From the NCBI RefSeq assembly GCF_040938485.1, contig NW_027272137.1:744001-808000 (forward strand): 64,000 nucleotides of DNA, read 5' to 3'. Below the pieces are notes generated by a model. It ran no database searches. It had not been told where the DNA came from and worked only from the letters and a program-made list of their open reading frames with translations. Source of the DNA: Diadema antillarum (lineage: Eukaryota). The position numbers were made by a program, and so were the translations under genes. Numbering within the stretch: the first letter of the stretch is position 1; the number at the start of each line of letters is the position of its first letter. Of the stretch, positions 1 to 12,891 are shown piece by piece.

Positions 1-1222
1 ATTAATCTGCAGTTTCCAACACCTGTCCTTTTCAGTATGTCCCTAAACTCTATTATATGCAATATATTACAGGGAATACATCAATGACAGTGTAAAGAAA
101 CAATACTGTAACATAAATTGTGCAAGAGACTGCCACCCAGAAAAAAAAATGATAAACTGCCAACAAAGAAAGTGCAGAAATACTGTGTAGTGCTCCTATT
201 CATGACTTTGTACCACATTCTGCTGTTGTTGATGGTGTTGTATGCATGCACAGTTCAAAACAACATGAAATTTGTACTCAGCAAAGTCTTCAGTATACAT
301 TTCGGTAAGTACCGGAGAACTACACTAAGGATACACAGCTAGGATGCACTGACTAGATTTGTGTACCAAAACAATTTGAACAGATGAGAATATCATCTTT
401 AAGAAAGGGTATAACACAAACATATTTGTATGGGTGCAAAACTGTAAAGATGGTACAAAAAAAAAAAGGTACACAGATAAGATTTGACAAAGGTAATTAC
501 ACCAACATCAAGTCACCTAAAAACTAATCTACTTGTGATTCCATGTCTGTTCATCATATTCTCTGTTGTCATCAATTTGTAATGTACAGTGCGCTCCCAT
601 TAAAACAAACATGAATATAATGAAATTCTGGTTACAACCAAGTGAAAATTCAGGGTGCAAAATCATTCGCTCTATGTTTCTGTTATTGTTGTTTATTCGT
701 TTGGTTGTAATGAAATTTTGATATAATGAAAGAAAACTAACGGTCCTGAGGAATTCATCATAACAGGAATCCACTGTATCTACTAACAATCAGGCACTAT
801 GGCAGCGATGCAGGTGAAAGTATATCCCGTTGACTTTGATACTGATTAATTTATGAGTGGTTCTCATCAAGTTTAGTGACACTACTATTTTTTGTCTGAT
901 AAAAAGGTTGGTCCGATAAGAGCGTTCTCTACCATTTAGTCATTGTGGAATGCTGTGTGCAGAGTCTGTTAAATGTTTTTCTACTGTTGTGAAAAGGTGG
1001 ATTCATTGTCTGAGTAGTGGAGAGAGTCAATGTTTGCTGAGCTACTAAGAGTCTTATCTAAATAGTGACCAGCTTGTGAAATCTAGTCAGGACAAAAGGC
1101 AAATACCTTCATCAATTGTCCTATCATGACTACCATGAACACATGCCTACTCATTCTTACCCAGTCCCCCCCCCCCCCCACAAAAATATAGCACAGATAC
1201 CCTTGTACCTCAACAAGATAAA

Positions 1223-1439
1223 NNNNNNNNNNNNNNNNNNNNNNNNNNNNNNNNNNNNNNNNNNNNNNNNNNNNNNNNNNNNNNNNNNNNNNNNNNNNNN
1301 NNNNNNNNNNNNNNNNNNNNNNNNNNNNNNNNNNNNNNNNNNNNNNNNNNNNNNNNNNNNNNNNNNNNNNNNNNNNNNNNNNNNNNNNNNNNNNNNNNNN
1401 NNNNNNNNNNNNNNNNNNNNNNNNNNNNNNNNNNNNNNN
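1223..1439. other. Assembly gap (N run)
   Basis: Run of N. Other gaps are at 44278-44534, 53341-53481 and 62630-62834. Confidence 1.
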
Positions 1440-1958
1440 ACTGAAATGTAAATGATAAAAGAATACAATGTGAATAATATAGGACTTGTTCATATTCACG
1501 GATATAGTTCGGAAATTCTATTTCTTCCCCCTTTTGATGTTAAAGAGAAAGGAACTACAGACAAGCTTTGACATCTCTATATATTCTTTCGTTCTGGAAT
1601 GTTTGCCATATCTCTGAGTGAACAGTGTAATGGCACATCTCCTTTGTGTACAATGTGTCTTCACTTTATCTCTAGCAAAAACAGAAAACTGCAGTATTTA
1701 CTGCACACCAGAGAAACAGATTGTGGTGATCTTTCTGACAATGAATATGATACATATGACAAAGTAATCAAAGGGATTGGGAAGGGGAGTCCGACTTTGA
1801 TAGGAAACTTTCTCTATGCTTTCTACGATATGATTACAAACACAAAGTACGGCATGCAGTGATATGAAGTGTATAAGGGTACAGGAGATAGCTACCATGC
1901 ACTCAAGCTGCTACAGTGTCTATTACTGAACACCCTATAGCCATGCATTGGCACTTAC

Positions 1959-4900
1959 AGACTTGAGGCTGAAGTATTCAGTATCTCTGGCGAACAGAGT
2001 TTTCTGATAACTGGCCAGAGCAGTCTCAAGTTGAGACTGGTAGTATGTGTTAGTAGGCAAAGTTTTAGAAGAGATAGAAATAGGAAACAAGGGATATGAT
2101 GGAATGATCAAGTGAATGTAAAAAGAAATCAATTATGTTATGATATGTGAAGAGATTTATAATGATGTATAATATATGATATGAGACATTTAGAACGTAC
2201 TTGTAGAGAGACAAGGAAATATTCAAATGGATACAAGTTGATAAAAGTAGCTAAGGCTCTTTATGAATTCCTGTATAGTATCTTGTGATTACAGTAGCAC
2301 AGACATTAAACCTTTAAATTTTGAAAGAAACAAGAAGCACATTTGAGGGTGCTTGACTTATCAGAAACCTGTATTAGACTATGGAAAAACAAAAACATAC
2401 TTATTAGCTGCGTGAAAGATAAGAAAGAAGTTTGGGCTGGAACTCACATGTTTGAGAGTCACCACCTCCTTGCTCCGAGCTGCCAGCTCCTCCTCGTGTT
2501 TCTTCGTCTCCCGCATCCGTGAGAACTTGGCAGCGAGAGCCGAGAGAGCCACCTCTTTCTCTCGCAGCTCTTTCTTCATCAGCTCCACCTCGCCCTTCAG
2601 CCGACTGACCGTTCCCTCCCGGGTGGTCAAGTCCCGCTGAAGTTTGGTCATCAGAGCCGACGTGGTACCCTTCTCCTTCTTCAGTTTCTCCAGCTCCTGT
2701 CGTAGGGAGACTAGCTCCCTCTCCCGCTGGTGGAGCAGGGATCGCAGGTGGGCCACGTTCTCCATGGGATCCGAGCTCTCTGTCCTCATCTTAGACATCT
2801 AACGCAAGGATTGGGGTAAAATTACTCAGTTAGGGGTAAAAGTAAATCAAGGCTTGACTGTCCTGATGTAACATAGCTTAGGCTATAGAAGAGCCTTTTC
2901 TGGCAAATGGCAAGTGATAGTTATGATTCATTCTGTTAGTTCCAAATGATAGTTGACAGAGAAAGCCAGAGAGTCATATGATTATATTTGATGGTTTCAG
3001 GGACTGACATATTTATGCTTCTTTCCTCCTCTTACACCCACATGGTGGTGGACTAATGACTGGAATTATAGTATATAAGACCACCATTCATTCATAATGC
3101 TGCTTCCACCCACCCTTCATGACAATGTAGATGGCCTACATGTATGACAACATGATGAATCTGTCAAACTCTCTCATTAATTCACAGACATAGAATCACA
3201 ATGCATTTTCCACTAAACAGCCCCCCTGCAGAGGAAGGCATCTTTTTGATCACAAGTCTCAACATGGATGATCTCCAGGCACTCAATTCTATTCTCCAAT
3301 AACAAGGATATATTTTATGGAATTTAGAATGTAGTGTTCAGAGATAGTGACCTCTGTGGAACTCGACTGACCTTTTCCTTGAGGGCATTGACCTCCATCT
3401 GCTTGACATTGACTTCCTTCTCGAGGTCCTTCATCCTGGTCAGTGTGGCCGGAGTGGCCAGTGAGGCCTGCTGCTGGGCTTGGTGCAGCTGTACGCTCAG
3501 CGACTCAACGTCTGTCCGCAGCTGACCGATCACACCATCCTTCCGCTGAGACTCAGCCTCAAAGACTGCCAGCCGGTTGATCTCATCCCCCATGCGGAGA
3601 AGTTTTTGGTCCTACACATAGGCACACATTGGAAGCAGAATACAAATTATATTGTCACATCATATCCAATATCACATTATATTGCACCACTCTGGTCTTC
3701 ACCACAGACCAAATGTTGTACTGAAGTACAGCATCTTAAATCTTCAGTTTCCCTGAATCAGACTGAAAACATATCTTTCACATGTAAAGGTATGTACACC
3801 AGAAGAACTTAACTTATCTTTCTTTACATCGATTACAAGTATGGAACGGTACCGCAGATAAGGGAGGTATAAAGTTTAGCAAGAATTCTTATCGTGCAGT
3901 TCATATTTCAGTTCACATTGTGATGACATCCAAAAGTTTTGATGAGGGTTGGAGAGGTTGAGGGTTATCACCTTTTCATGTGTTGCCATGACTTCTGAAA
4001 CAGGCGACGCTCTGGTGTTGGGGCTTCCAGCAACTTGCTGTGATGACACCATGCCACGCTGATTACCGCTTCCCACCCAACCTCCTGTCACCGCTGTGTA
4101 AACAAAGAAACAAATGACCAATCAGACAAAATTAAGATGCCCTTACAACACAATTATCAAGAAACTGGGAATTGATACGCAAATCTGAAAATAGCTAAAA
4201 GAGTTGGAACAGGTATTTGGGGTTGATTTGATGTAGGCTAATCACTATAAATAGTTTCTGATTTAACAAATAAAGCAATTCATCCATATCATGGTGTTAT
4301 TTTCAGTTACTGAATTAATGTGTGTGGACATTTACAAAGCACTTAAAGTTTCCTTCAGATCACCTTTGGTTGAACACATCTGCTTGATTTTGAAGATTTC
4401 ATTTCATTTCATTTCTTTATTGTCCAAATTATGTATAAAAGCATGGCATGGAAATTTGGTTTTGTCACACATTCATAAACACATATTGACAACAGATAAA
4501 TAACAAATTACATTACATACATCACATCTTGCAAATAAACTGTGGAGGGGGTTTCCAAAAGATGATTTAAATATAACAAATTAACTTTATATCTCAACTA
4601 CACATAACATCTTCATAAAATTTGGAAGAAGGAAGCAAGGACCTTTACCTCTTCTTGGTGGCAGGGGACTATTGGTAGGACTTTGACTTGAGATATGCAC
4701 TGTGCCTCCAGTACCAGGACCACTCCCACTACCTCTCCTGGCTCCAGCACTTGTTGGTCTGGCCCTGGGGGGTCTGGGTACCACCCCTGCCCCTGAAGGC
4801 AGACCTCCTCCAGGGCCCTGTTGGGTACCCCAGGCAGTGGGAGCACCAGGGCTACCACTGAGGGATGGGAGGAGTGACTGTTGGGTCTGATTGTAAGCTG

Positions 4901-6171
4901 CATCACCACCAGCGATGGTAGCCAGGTATGGCAGCTGATGCTGGGAGCCATCCGAGACTGGGATGCTCTCCTGGACAACTTTCATGCCGGAGCCAGATGT
5001 AGTCCGGCCAGGAACGGGTGGGTAGGAGACCTAGGTTGTAAAACAAAATTATTCACAGCAAAGTTTAGACATTACAATTTATTGGATATCAACCATGATA
5101 TTGTTTTGTCATTCTTTATTGTTCTTGTCAGTATCAATGCTTCAAATGCTCTTAGTAGTTGTACATTGTATGAACAAACCAGTATTCAAAGAGCCTCACT
5201 CACGATTTATTCAAATACTCCCTATGCCTGCTAATATTTACAATTACCTTGCATATTTGTTATTCTCGCAGATTACTAATTGCAGTGAATGTCATCTCTT
5301 TTGCAGTACTCTGCATGAATTTGATTGCTTAAAAAATACAACTATCTCTGAGGCAAGCACTGATAAGACAATACTTTCACAATATGGTGTACAGAATCAC
5401 CTACCTACCAGGGTATGAGACTCTAATGGTTTTGCTGCTAACACTGAAAAGAGAAAAGATACTTCATCCACTTACATGGTAGCAAAAGACAAAGACAAAG
5501 GGAAAAGGGCCTCTGCATGTTACGTCAAGAGCTGACTTCACTGCTGATAATGTCACAATATCCTACAGAAATGGTTTCTGATATCATTAAACAGTGGCAA
5601 CTTCAACATGAGATTCAAGTAAACAATGTCTACCACACTCTGTTTCACCTCACCTGAGCATCCTCCACCTCCAATTCATGAGGCAACCCTGAGTAACCAA
5701 ATCTGATAACATCTCCTGGAGCCAACCGCACGGCTGCATTCTGAACACGGCAGTCGTTGACGTATGTCCCGTGTGCTGTGTTCAGGTCCTGAATGACGAA
5801 GCAGTTTTCTGCATCACTGTACTCTATCACTGCATGCTGCAATTCTACTGATGGGAGCTGTAGTTTTGGAGAGAAAAAATAATAATTAAAAAGTCAATGT
5901 CTGAAAAGGGAAAATTTCTCAAACAAAATATAGAGTTAAGGAAATGAATACATGTATTTACATTCAACACTTCTGTCTTTGTGATCAGATTCAATCCAAT
6001 ATATTAGAATAACATCACAGTTGAAATTAATGTATTCATATAATCAAGAACGAAACTGCCATGAAAGTCACTTACAAGGATATTGAAATCACAGTTCTCT
6101 CTTCCAACCAGCGTGACGCTCGGAGACAACTGGAAGAGACCATCAGGACTCCGCAGGAATCCCTTCACCAT
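1959..6171 (-). CDS. FHAD1: Forkhead-associated (FHA) domain-containing protein 1-like, 5' part (7 coding exons, ~491 aa visible; 3' exons not found in the window)
   Basis: Exons with GT-AG boundaries and consistent phases: 6171-6076 (MVKGFLRSPDG...ENCDFNIL), 5857-5654 (LPSVELQHAVIEYSDAENCFVIQDLNTAHGTYVNDCRVQNAAVRLAPGDVIRFG, the FHA core), 5030-4649, 4093-3972, 3611-3372, 2798-2448 (coiled coil) and 2036-1959. The N-terminus resembles vertebrate FHAD1 as I recall it (MKAYLKSAEG...HALIEYNE...LQD...GTFVNECHIQNVAVKL.PGD.LRFG). Confidence 0.85.
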
Positions 6172-6800
6172 CTTGTCGAAGGCCGAGTTGAAATGAGTGC
6201 TGGATGAGGGTGATGGATCAGACTCCACCAGCTATAGTGTCCAACCTTTCACACTACACAAGAGTTAAAAGAAAAAAAAAATCAAAAGTTCAGGCATTGT
6301 AAGACTTTTTAGCAGCCTATGACTACTCACAGCAAGTATCCCTTACAACAATGCACTAAAAAAAAAAAGAAGTCAAATTCCACTTTGCCCACATAATGCA
6401 CAATGTAGACCTGTCATTCCTACTTTCAAAGACCTTTTCATGATACACAGATAGGCTCTTTACATCACTGTTAATGGCTTTAAATGATCAAGATGTTCAT
6501 GGAATCAAAGACGGTACATCGTTTTTCACTGACGGCCATTTTGAACTCCAAGATACCATCGCACACGCTGCATATAATCTTCATATTCAGTAAGTTGTAA
6601 GTTGTGTATCGATAACATAGACATAAAGTCTTATTAATGAAGATTGTCTTATGACAAAAATGATGTCAAGTATCAAAACTCAATGCGATCGGCATGTTCG
6701 CTTTGTGTTCGCTTTGTTGCCGTGCACCATCCTGATTCCTGGTACAGCCCTGTCGCATTTTTACAGTGACTGGGATATGCATGGGCTGTGACTCTGTGTA

Positions 6801-7581
6801 GAGTAAAAGCCCTAATTTTCGGACACTTAGCTTTTTTGCTACATTTGTTCAACTCAAATAATACTCTACAAAATTATATCGATAGATAATAATGTATGTT
6901 AAATATATCAACCTACTTTATCCCAATATTGATTTTATTAAACAGATCACAAAATTTCACAGAATCCCCAAATATTATCACCTTGTCAATTCCCCAAAAT
7001 TCGGACAGCCTCTCCAAAATTCAAAATTCGGACACGCACGCAATGTCAATATGCATATGAGGCCGCTGAAAAATCCGCATGCGCCATACCTTGTTGGCGC
7101 AAGGTTGCATCGGGGACGTTGCGGCGCCCGTTCGTGTCCGAATTTTGGGGACTCTGCTCTTGCATTCAGCCCCTGTACATTGTACATTTATTTACTGCAT
7201 CGGCACGTATGGAGATTTTGTTTTTCTTTTGTGTTTTTGAGGATACCATCACACTCTGAGCTTGCGATAAGCGAAAAATCTCGCAACAGAATGGCGTAAT
7301 TTTCGATTTTTAGCACTTTTTCAGCGTCCCCGATTCTTTACTCAGGACCTAATTTGCGCGTGCTTCGGAAAAGTTGCGGCGATTCTGCGTTTTTTACGGC
7401 AAAATTTGGGATTTTATATGGATTTTTTGAGGTGACTCAGGCACTTTTCCTGTGGTGAACGAGTGTGCTAGTATGTGAAACGATGTGATATGCATGTGTT
7501 GTGACAGTAGACTTTGCTGCCTTGTGATAAGTGGTAAATGTCCGGATTTTGGAGGCCGGCCGAAAATTGGGGTTCTTACTC
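6801..7581. mobile_element. Non-autonomous TIR element (MITE), TA-flanked, Tc1/mariner-pogo-like
   Basis: Left end TA|gagtaaaagccctaattttcggac; right end reverse-complemented reads TA|gagtaagaaccccaattttcggcc. Internal inverted copies of ccccaaaattcggaca lie at ~6991-7006 and ~7136-7151. No ORF. Confidence 0.6.
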
Positions 7582-10480
7582 TACATATAGACTAGACCCA
7601 GTTAACGTTAGATGAGAGACACAGCATCCGCATGCAGACCATCACCCATCATTCATCACTGGGCATCAACACGATCAAGTACATTGTGTAAGTTCGTAAC
7701 ATACGTTTACAAGCTGGTTTAACAATAGTTAGGCCTAGGGATTAGACCCACTTAGGTTTCTAGTCGTATTAGTCGTAACTTCGTTGACGTTAGATAACCT
7801 GTATCTGTAACCGCAGCAGCAACCCCAATACTGTGTACAGTGCCCCGCGCCGGGGGTTAGATAAACTGTAGTGTAACAACATGCGAATTGTGGGCTCTCC
7901 ACGTCCACGACTCCATCACTTATTGAGTAATCTTCGGGTAAATTACAGAATACCGGCAGCCAATCACGGAGAGCGCAAATCGCTCTGAAAAGAGCGTAAT
8001 TACGCTTGCCGATAGCAACCATCTGAAATATTAATCCGATCTGCGATACGGTCCGTGATTCGGCTGTCGACGATTGCATTTGTTTACGTGTGTTTTCTTT
8101 GCTCTGTGCGATGAGAAGTGTCGTATCTTACGTTGTTCTCGGGGGTTTCGGGGGTGTCCCCCGAATAATGTAGTTCTAGATCCTGACGATGCTAGTCTAG
8201 ACTAGCCGTTAAAATTTACCCGAATTTACGATGAATACTCACGTTTTTAGGAGTTGAGGATAGTCCGTATACTAGAAATCGATAGCAATTAAAGTGAGAC
8301 TAGAAAACAATCACTTATCTAATTGCTGGTGCTAGCTTACAGTAGAGCTTACGCACTGTGTGGGTGCTCTTGACAGCCCACCATGTTGACTCTATGCAGT
8401 CGTACAACAGTACCTACACACAACAGCTTATGATGCGTACGTGTGCAGTGATAGCGCGTATTGAGTCTGCAGAACGCGCGCATGTTTACTAGTACAGTGT
8501 ACAATACGTATAGCAGTTGAGTGCGCACATGTCTCTTGACAATACGCGTATACGCGCTGTCTTGCCAAACTAGTGTGTAGTGTGATTGATCGTGAATGAC
8601 TTGTGTCGAAAAGAGCAAAAGGAAGAAGAGCTGCCAGCTGTGATGACGTCATCACGTTTAAAATAGTTCCGTCAAAATCGGCTCAATTTTCTTTATCGAC
8701 GATTTACTCGAGATATCTTGATCAGTAGGGGTGCTGGTCCGAGAATGAGGATCGTATTTGTATATGAGGGTCGTCTTCGTATACGGTGACGACGTCGCAA
8801 GCTGCCGACTTCTCGGCGAACGGCGTCCCGATAAATGAGGACGCGTCCTTAAAAACCGATATAAGCTTAGAAAGCTATGATTGTCCCCAAAAGTAAGGAC
8901 GCAAAAGCGCGACTGTTGACTGCTTCTTGCTTTGACCCTCGTAAATAAGGACGATGTGCAATAAACAGAGATCACTGCTTTCACCGTTTCCTGTGTGCCC
9001 ATGCATATGTTTTGTTGTAAGTTGAAGCTGACATACATGTAATACACTATACATGTATGATATAGGGCTATCTCAATAATACACTGTACAAACGTACCTT
9101 CGTTGTACGGCTGCATGCTGCGCATTGCGACATCAACAAGTCGAGCAAATTTTGCGTTTCTAGGACCAATATGGATCGAGTGTTATTACTATATTAGTGA
9201 AATGCTCTTCAACCTAATGTGAGTATCGATGTCCTACTATCATTGTGATGTTTATACAGCTACAAGCATAACATTGTACCTACAATTGTAGATCTATGTA
9301 AAATTTAGAAGATCTCTAGATCTAGATGAGCTTGGATTCATGGACGTTTCAGGATATACTGTAAATTGTGAATAATTCTTGCAAGCGGCCTATTGTAGCA
9401 TGTTGACTTGTATGTGAAAGGCAGATGAGTTTCACGTCAGTTTACGTCTATCATTTAATTACTACAATTATTAATTGAAAACGACACACATTTAGTATTT
9501 TCCATTCAATGTTTCCTCATAGCGCTGACGAAACCTGCATGTATTAGAAGTCTTGTGTGGGTATGCATGTGTAACTGGGGGTGTTTGAGATACCCAAATG
9601 CCAGGAAATTGTTATCATACATCAAGAACAAACAAACAAACAAAACAAGCGCCAAGAAATCAGGTACCGGTACCAATTAATCACAAACGCACACACACAC
9701 AAATCTTCACATTTTATTGCCAATTCTATAGACAAAAAAAAAATCAGCTTTTAAACAAAAATAGGCACAGGTATCACAGTACACTATACATGCATGTATC
9801 CTTTCTGTGCTGACAATAATGCTATAGACTAGAAATATAATACAAAAAAAGAGACTAAAAGCCTAATTACATTGTACGCCTAGAATAATGAAACATTCAG
9901 CAGTAAGATAACGTACTGGAAAGCAAAAAAAAAAAAGAGAGAAACAAATAGATCAGTGACAATTTAAGTATAACAGACATAATAATAAACTTAGTAAATT
10001 GTAAAAGATTTTAGAGTATTGAACGTGAAATTGCACTTTATAAACAGTTACCAAACGGTTTGGCTTAGACAGAGCTTGGCCTTGGAGTTGCCGAGGAGGG
10101 CACAAACAAAAGTATGACTTTATTATAGGAGCTGATGTCAAGACTTTTTATCTTTTGTCCTCGGAAAAAGATAGTTTGGTGACTTTTTTTCAGTTACAAA
10201 CAGAATGGGCAGATGCTAAGCACATAGCTGTTCATACACAGCAACATATCAGGAAGGAATCCCTTAACATTATAAACAACACCGTTGGTCAAGTACACAA
10301 TATTTTAACATTATGCGTACACTTTATGATCTTACTTTGATATCACACAAGTTTTCCCCGTTTCGAAATAAAAATGTCATTTTCTTTTTCTACAGAATTA
10401 ATTCATGAGAAGTTAAGGTTACAGCATCATTCCCATCAAGAACAAGCTGAAGGAAAGTCATTGAGCAGTAATTCTGGATG

Positions 10481-12891
10481 TTAATTGCATGACAACAAGT
10501 GCAAGCTATGCTTCATGACGCCGTGACACTGGTACTGAGAGCCGCCGGGAAAGCCGACATTCGTGAGGAGCAAGCCGAACATGCGAACATGAATTGAGAG
10601 TAGCCCAACTTGCATGAACATGTGCCCTTCAACATCAATTTCTAGAACTGCTGTCGTGTTCTGTCCACCAAGATCATTCCCTAAATCAAAGAGAAGAACA
10701 AATTAATACTATAATTAATGTGTACAACAAAAGTAACTCGGCAGTTTAGAGTGTAGTGGGCAGAATTATACATGAAATAAACACATCTGCACACTAAAAG
10801 GTATCTTGCCGAAGTACAGTGTACTGACGTTAGAACAAAGTCTTTGGGATCGGCAGTTTTGTTTCGTTGTATCAAAATTTTGTGTACAACACAAAAAAAA
10901 AACAACACTCAAATATGTGATTATCGACTACTCATAATACGCTAAAAAGCAATGTTAAATGCAATGCTATCACTTTAATTTCATCGATATTGTACATTTA
11001 ATAGAGAAAGTTGTTTGTACTTCATGCTTATAGTTTGAAATCACATCAAAGTAGTTGAGGATTCGAGTACTATTCTAAAGGTTCGTTGTTCCTAATGTCC
11101 GTTGTACTATAAAAGGTTTGCCGTTTCGACGGGTCGTCGGTTTTACGGCTCGCTATTCCCAAGGTTCGTAACAGTTGTTCAAAAGGTTCTTTTTTAAATG
11201 AAAAGGAAATTTATGGTTTGTTATTCTGAAAGTCCATTAATCCGAAATGAAGTATCATTCGATTTTTCCGAAGGTTTGTTCATCTTCAATGAAAGGTTCT
11301 TTTTATATGAAAAGGAAATTTTAAGGTTTGCTATGCTGAAAGTCCATTAATCCGAAATGAAGTACCGGTATCATTCGTTTTTTCCGAAGGTTTGTTCATC
11401 CGTCAATGAGAAAATGTTAGTTATTTCATTTCGTTTATCATAAAATGGAAATAAGGTTCATTGTTCATAAAAAAGATCGTTCATCCTTAAATGAAAACGG
11501 TTCATTATCTGAAGACTTGTTGATCTAAAAACAATTATGTATGTTTTTGTTAGCAGTCCTATAATCACCTCTTCATTTTCGGATTAACAAACGATTTTCA
11601 TTTCCGATTAACGAACCTTGAAACACAAAGATTCCAAACATTTTTAGGTTAAGGAACATTCGTAATAGCGAACCTTATTTCATTTTCGGATTACTGAACG
11701 CAAGGAAAAATGAATCTTCGCAGTAACGTCATATGCCATACAAACTATGTCGCAATGACGGACAGTAGTTTATTTCGGATTTGCAACGAACATCTAGGTA
11801 CACTGCAAACAGAATTTGTGTGTTTTGGAATTACGAACCTTCGGAAAAAACGATCGTTATTTCATTTCGGATTATCTTATAATATGGCCTAATGCAAGTT
11901 CCCTGAAACGCAGAGCGATTTCTATTTAAACCCACAAAAATGTGATGCGTTCTTCAACAAAGAGACGCTCGCTAAATTTTTCTTATGCTGAAGTCATACT
12001 GTATATCGTAAGCGTCCCGCATTTCGTTATAGGGCCTTATAGAATAAATTTCGTTCATTTTTCTTTTTCAATGTCGCCCGGAAATTACTTCGTTCAATCG
12101 AAAATTTAGCTATAAACGTTTTACTTTTGAGCGACTCAATGACGTTTATTTTTAGATCTTAATCTTTGCATGTGCTTCGACGTTGTAACAATATGTCGTT
12201 CGTGGTAACTCAAGTGCACCATATCAGCTCCTCTTGCCAACGCAACATGCAGAATCATTGTTGAGCATTAATAATGATTCAGGGAAGAGTGGAGAGCCTA
12301 TTTCAGGGCTGCCATTATCCTACACATCGTACGATCTTACCTTGCTCAACTTCGATTGTGCTGTTGGGATCTGTGCCATAAGACAAGGAAAGAAAATATA
12401 TCAAAAACTGTTAAGAAATGTTCCAGTTTCACAGAAAGAAATACAAATATGCAGTGTGATATTAATACTGAATCAGATTGGTAGCAATATATCAATGTTA
12501 CTTTTATGTGTAACGTTGCTTACCTTGTTCGTTTTGGCCTTCATTACGCAACTCCTTCATTTCGTGAATGTGAACATCCATCAGTTCTTGGAGGTCATCT
12601 TTATGAAATTAACAGATGTAGTTTGGTTAGTATACTTGCATCTAGATTCAAACAGAATTGATGTGGCACACGTGTAACACTTCTAAAGAAGTACGCATGT
12701 AATTTGTTTCTGCTTATGATGCGCTTATGATGCAATAACCAATAAAACAAATGTGATATCATCATTCACCGACCAATTAATGAAGCATGCGTGTGGGCCA
12801 TCATGTGAGAAGTTCTGGTTAACTTTTCTTACCATAGCACTGGCCTCTCCCCTCACTTGACTCCACGATGACGGGCGTGCTACCGCCGGAC
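10481..12891 (-). pseudogene. Candidate spliced gene remnant inside the inner transposon (4 exons)
   Basis: Exons 12891-12833, 12598-12524, 12370-12341 and 10680-10481. The first three end in GTAAG donors and all four have AG acceptors. They join in phase 1 to give ...SGGSTPVIVESSEGRGQCY-DDLQELMDVHIHEMKELRNEGQNEQ-DPNSTIEVEQ-GNDLGGQNTTAVLEIDVEGH...SCN*. No start codon identified. Confidence 0.4.
11070..11880. repeat. Foldback-like repeat built from aaggttcg / ccgaaatgaa subunits
   Basis: Two ~110-bp direct copies (~11182-11292 and ~11293-11410), plus inverted copies (cgaacctt, ttcatttcgga) at ~11570-11875. Confidence 0.55.

Noticed and set aside
1083-1499. ORFs spanning N runs (also at 44168-44667, 53327-53545 and 62530-62927)
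   Set aside because: Artefacts of translating through assembly gaps.
7735-8079. 114-aa Cys-rich minus-strand ORF (MQSSTAES...)
   Set aside because: It runs straight across the left TIR/TSD of the outer transposon and has no recognisable domain, so it is probably a chance ORF.
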